A DNA stretch of 64,000 nt from an uncultured delta proteobacterium (GTDB taxonomy: Bacteria > Myxococcota > Myxococcia > Myxococcales > 40CM-4-68-19). Location of the stretch: NCBI GenBank assembly GCA_903911145.1, contig CAIWCD010000002.1, positions 124,001 through 188,000 of the forward strand, read 5' to 3'. Of this stretch, positions 60,663 to 64,000 are shown in pieces; the first letter of the stretch is position 1, and every line of letters starts with the position of its first letter. Below the pieces are notes generated by a model that was not told the DNA's origin, made no database searches, and saw nothing but the letters and a program-made list of their open reading frames with translations. The position numbers and the translations under genes were made by a program.

Positions 60663-61319
60663 CTACTGCGGCCGACCGCCCGGGCCGCCCATCATCGGGC
60701 CGAACCCCTTCGACATATCCGTGAAGTCGGCCGGCGCCGCGAACAGCGCATCGTCGAGGCTCGTCTCCTTGAAGTCGAGCACATCGAGCGTCGTCGTCCG
60801 AGAGGCCGACTTGCTCACCTGCTTGACCATCGCGAACCCCTTCACGCCCTGCGGAATCCAGAGCGTCTCGTGGACCTTCCCGCTCTGCGGCTCATCGCGA
60901 TCGGCCTCCCACTTGTCGCTCTTCGTCCCATTCACCGTCTCGGCGCCGCTCTTCTTGAAGCCCTGCTTCGTCAAGCAGTCGGCCACGTCGAGCGTCTCGC
61001 ACCTGACGTGAATGGGCGCCGAGTGACCGCCCATCATCGGCTGCGTCATGTCCATCGTCATGAACGAGTGCCGCGCGGCCATGATCATCGTCATCTTCTG
61101 CTCCTTGAGATCGATGACCATCGCCATCTTCCCCATCTTTCCCTGCTCCATCTCCATGCGCAGTTTGCCCGCCTTGCCGGAGATCTTGCCCTGCTGATCA
61201 CCGGGCCCCTCGGCGGGCTCCGTGTGCATTTTCATCGTGCCTGTCCAGTCGGCGCGCGCCGGCCGTGCCGCACAGAGAGCGAGTGCCGCAAGCGCCGCGA
61301 GACGGAATGTCGGAGTCAT
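60663..61319 (-). CDS. Secreted Met-rich protein, DUF4412-like
   Basis: Signal peptide ARA-D; KLRME, G.ETVNG...KW, LW, LF..PADF. Confidence 0.7.
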   Translation of the reverse strand: MTPTFRLAALAALALCAARPARADWTGTMKMHTEPAEGPGDQQGKISGKAGKLRMEMEQGKMGKMAMVIDLKEQKMTMIMAARHSFMTMDMTQPMMGGHSAPIHVRCETLDVADCLTKQGFKKSGAETVNGTKSDKWEADRDEPQSGKVHETLWIPQGVKGFAMVKQVSKSASRTTTLDVLDFKETSLDDALFAAPADFTDMSKGFGPMMGGPGGRPQ

Positions 61320-61378
61320 GTGGTTTCCTACGCGTGAAGGTTGTCGAAGACGAGAAACGGCTGCTCTGGATTTAGATC

Positions 61379-61415
61379 CCAAAGTCCAAAGTCCAAAGTC
61401 CAAAGCCAAAAAGTC
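61379..61415. repeat. Heptamer tandem repeat (CCAAAGT)n
   Basis: 3 perfect plus 2 degenerate units. Confidence 0.85.
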
Positions 61416-61424
61416 TTCTTCCAA

Positions 61425-61460
61425 TTGTCAATGTCGGACGGGTGCTGTACAAGGGTTCAG
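61425..61460 (+). promoter_or_regulatory. Putative recA sigma70 promoter overlapped by a myxobacterial-type LexA box
   Basis: TTGTCA-17-TACAAG; CTGTACAAGGGTTCAG at 61445-61460 resembles the M. xanthus CTRHAM-N4-GTTCAG consensus. Confidence 0.7.
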
Positions 61461-61501
61461 TCATCGATTTCCAACCCGCGCGAACCCCACTGGGGCGGCG
61501 C

Positions 61502-62605
<1,104 letters not shown>

Positions 62606-62768
62606 CGCGACAGAGAGTCGCTCTCTGTCGGATCTCCGGCGCGCGCGGGAACACCCCGCGTCGTCGCCGGAGGGCAGCGCCTGCTACAATCGGACCCGGG
62701 CAGGCGCGCCCGCGGGAGATGTTCGCATCGAAAGTCTTCTCTACCAGGGCCAGCAGGCAGCGCTTGAG

Positions 62769-64000
62769 GTGGGCTCGCGCGACTGGCTCCTTGCGGTGAT
62801 CGGGGCGGTCGCGGCGGATCTTCCCCCGGCAGCGCCGCACCCGCCTCTCTCTCGACCGCAACGACGCGAAGCGCTCGAGGAGTTCCTGCGCGTGCGCGGG
62901 CTCGCCTATGGCACGAGCGGATCCGATCCGGCCGTCCACCCCGACGCCTCCGCGAGCCCCGGTGCACAGGCTTTTTCCGCTCTCATCGCGGGCCTTGTGC
63001 GGACCTGCGCGCGCGCCGCCGTTCTCATTGGTGCCAATCACTTCGTTCGCGGAACACTCTCTGGGGATTCGCCGCAGATTCGCCGGACGCAGCTGCTCGC
63101 CCTCCTCGCGGCGAGCGGCGAGGAGAGCGCGAGCGCATCGGTGCTCTTCAATCGACCGCACGAAGCGGACGCCGCCAAGATCCAGCGCGTCGCAACGAAG
63201 GTCGCCGCGCGTCTCTCGAAGCGCTATTTCGCGGAAGGGGGTCCCGTCGCGGGCCTGCCTTTGCACAATGGGCTCTGCGCAATCGAGGTGCGCAACTGCG
63301 CGACGCTGGCGCTCGCATCGTTCAATCGCGGTCGACTTTCACCTGCAGGATGCCGCCTCGCGGCGCAAGCATCGCTGGCCTGGCGCGCCGTGCTCGTCGA
63401 ACTGCTCTCCGGTCTCTCGCGCACGCAGGAGCACGGCGAGGAGGCGCGGCGCGGATTCGATCAGGTCCTGCGCGCACAGAAGCTGCCTGCACGGGAGGCG
63501 CGACTTCTGCGACGAGCCCTCTCCGATCCGAGACCGCCCGAGCAGGTCGGCGCAGCGCTGGGAAGTCGGACACTGCGGACGTTCGCGCTCACGCACGCGC
63601 TGCTCGCGGCGCTCAGCGATCGCCACGTCGAGGCGGGAGAGGTCGCGTTCATCGAGCGGCTCGCGACCGCGCTGGGAATCGACGCGGGCGAGGCGGCCGC
63701 CCTCGAGCTCGCGGTCGACGATGTTCATCGGCAGAGCAAGGATGCGCGCGCCGCTCTGCGCCGCGCCGAGGTTCCGGAGGGGTTGCCGCGCGCGTTCGGC
63801 AGCCGCATCCAGGCCGCCGTGACCGACAACCTCGACCGGCTGATGCAAGAGATCCGCGAGACGGGTGAGCTGGCCGAGTTGCTCGCCAAGTCGGCCGGCG
63901 GCGCGACGCTCAACGCCGAGGAAAAGGCGAAGGTGCGCGAACAACTCATCGACCTCGCCAAGAGCATCCCGGCGCTCGCGGTGTTCGCCGTCCCGATGGG
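62769..64000 (+). CDS. TerB-like / LETM1-related protein, partial (start uncertain, runs off window)
   Basis: Manual translation: GSRDWL...LRVRGLAYG...GLPLHNGL...EIRETGEL..LL.K......EEKAKVREQLIDLAKSIPALAVFAVP. Confidence 0.7.
   Translation, partial: MGSRDWLLAVIGAVAADLPPAAPHPPLSRPQRREALEEFLRVRGLAYGTSGSDPAVHPDASASPGAQAFSALIAGLVRTCARAAVLIGANHFVRGTLSGDSPQIRRTQLLALLAASGEESASASVLFNRPHEADAAKIQRVATKVAARLSKRYFAEGGPVAGLPLHNGLCAIEVRNCATLALASFNRGRLSPAGCRLAAQASLAWRAVLVELLSGLSRTQEHGEEARRGFDQVLRAQKLPAREARLLRRALSDPRPPEQVGAALGSRTLRTFALTHALLAALSDRHVEAGEVAFIERLATALGIDAGEAAALELAVDDVHRQSKDARAALRRAEVPEGLPRAFGSRIQAAVTDNLDRLMQEIRETGELAELLAKSAGGATLNAEEKAKVREQLIDLAKSIPALAVFAVPM

Noticed and set aside
63022..63041. 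Further copy of the 20-bp palindrome (GTGCCAATCA)
   Set aside because: Only one half matches

Overview
High-GC bacterial chromosomal segment, most consistent with Myxococcota. This rests on a Dif-type che cluster, an AglRQS-type motor triad, a MYXO-CTERM-like tail and a myxobacterial-type LexA box. It is mostly housekeeping: partial rsmB; trpEGDC(F-B)A converging on a complete shikimate operon (aroF-aroA-aroE-aroC::aroK-aroB-slyX-aroQ); fmt, csp, ftsK; gatCAB; a mannose-type PTS; mreB, queC, hppA; larBC fused to the che operon; hrcA-grpE-dnaK; an ECF sigma/anti-sigma pair; FKBP; recA. The unexplained structure is mainly non-coding. (1) Two homologous ~130-bp elements sit just after stop codons, with a conserved core and long covarying inverted arms; a third ~250-bp long-IR element lies nearby. 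(2) A dispersed AT-rich 20-bp palindrome (ATGRTTKG-N4-CMAAYCAT) occurs singly, as doublets and as a triple array, including inside genes. (3) A second AT-rich heptamer-repeat motif is shared by the trp and aro operons. (4) A tiny operon encodes two paralogous 3-TM proteins plus a 74-aa protein. All calls come from reading the sequence; no database searches were run.
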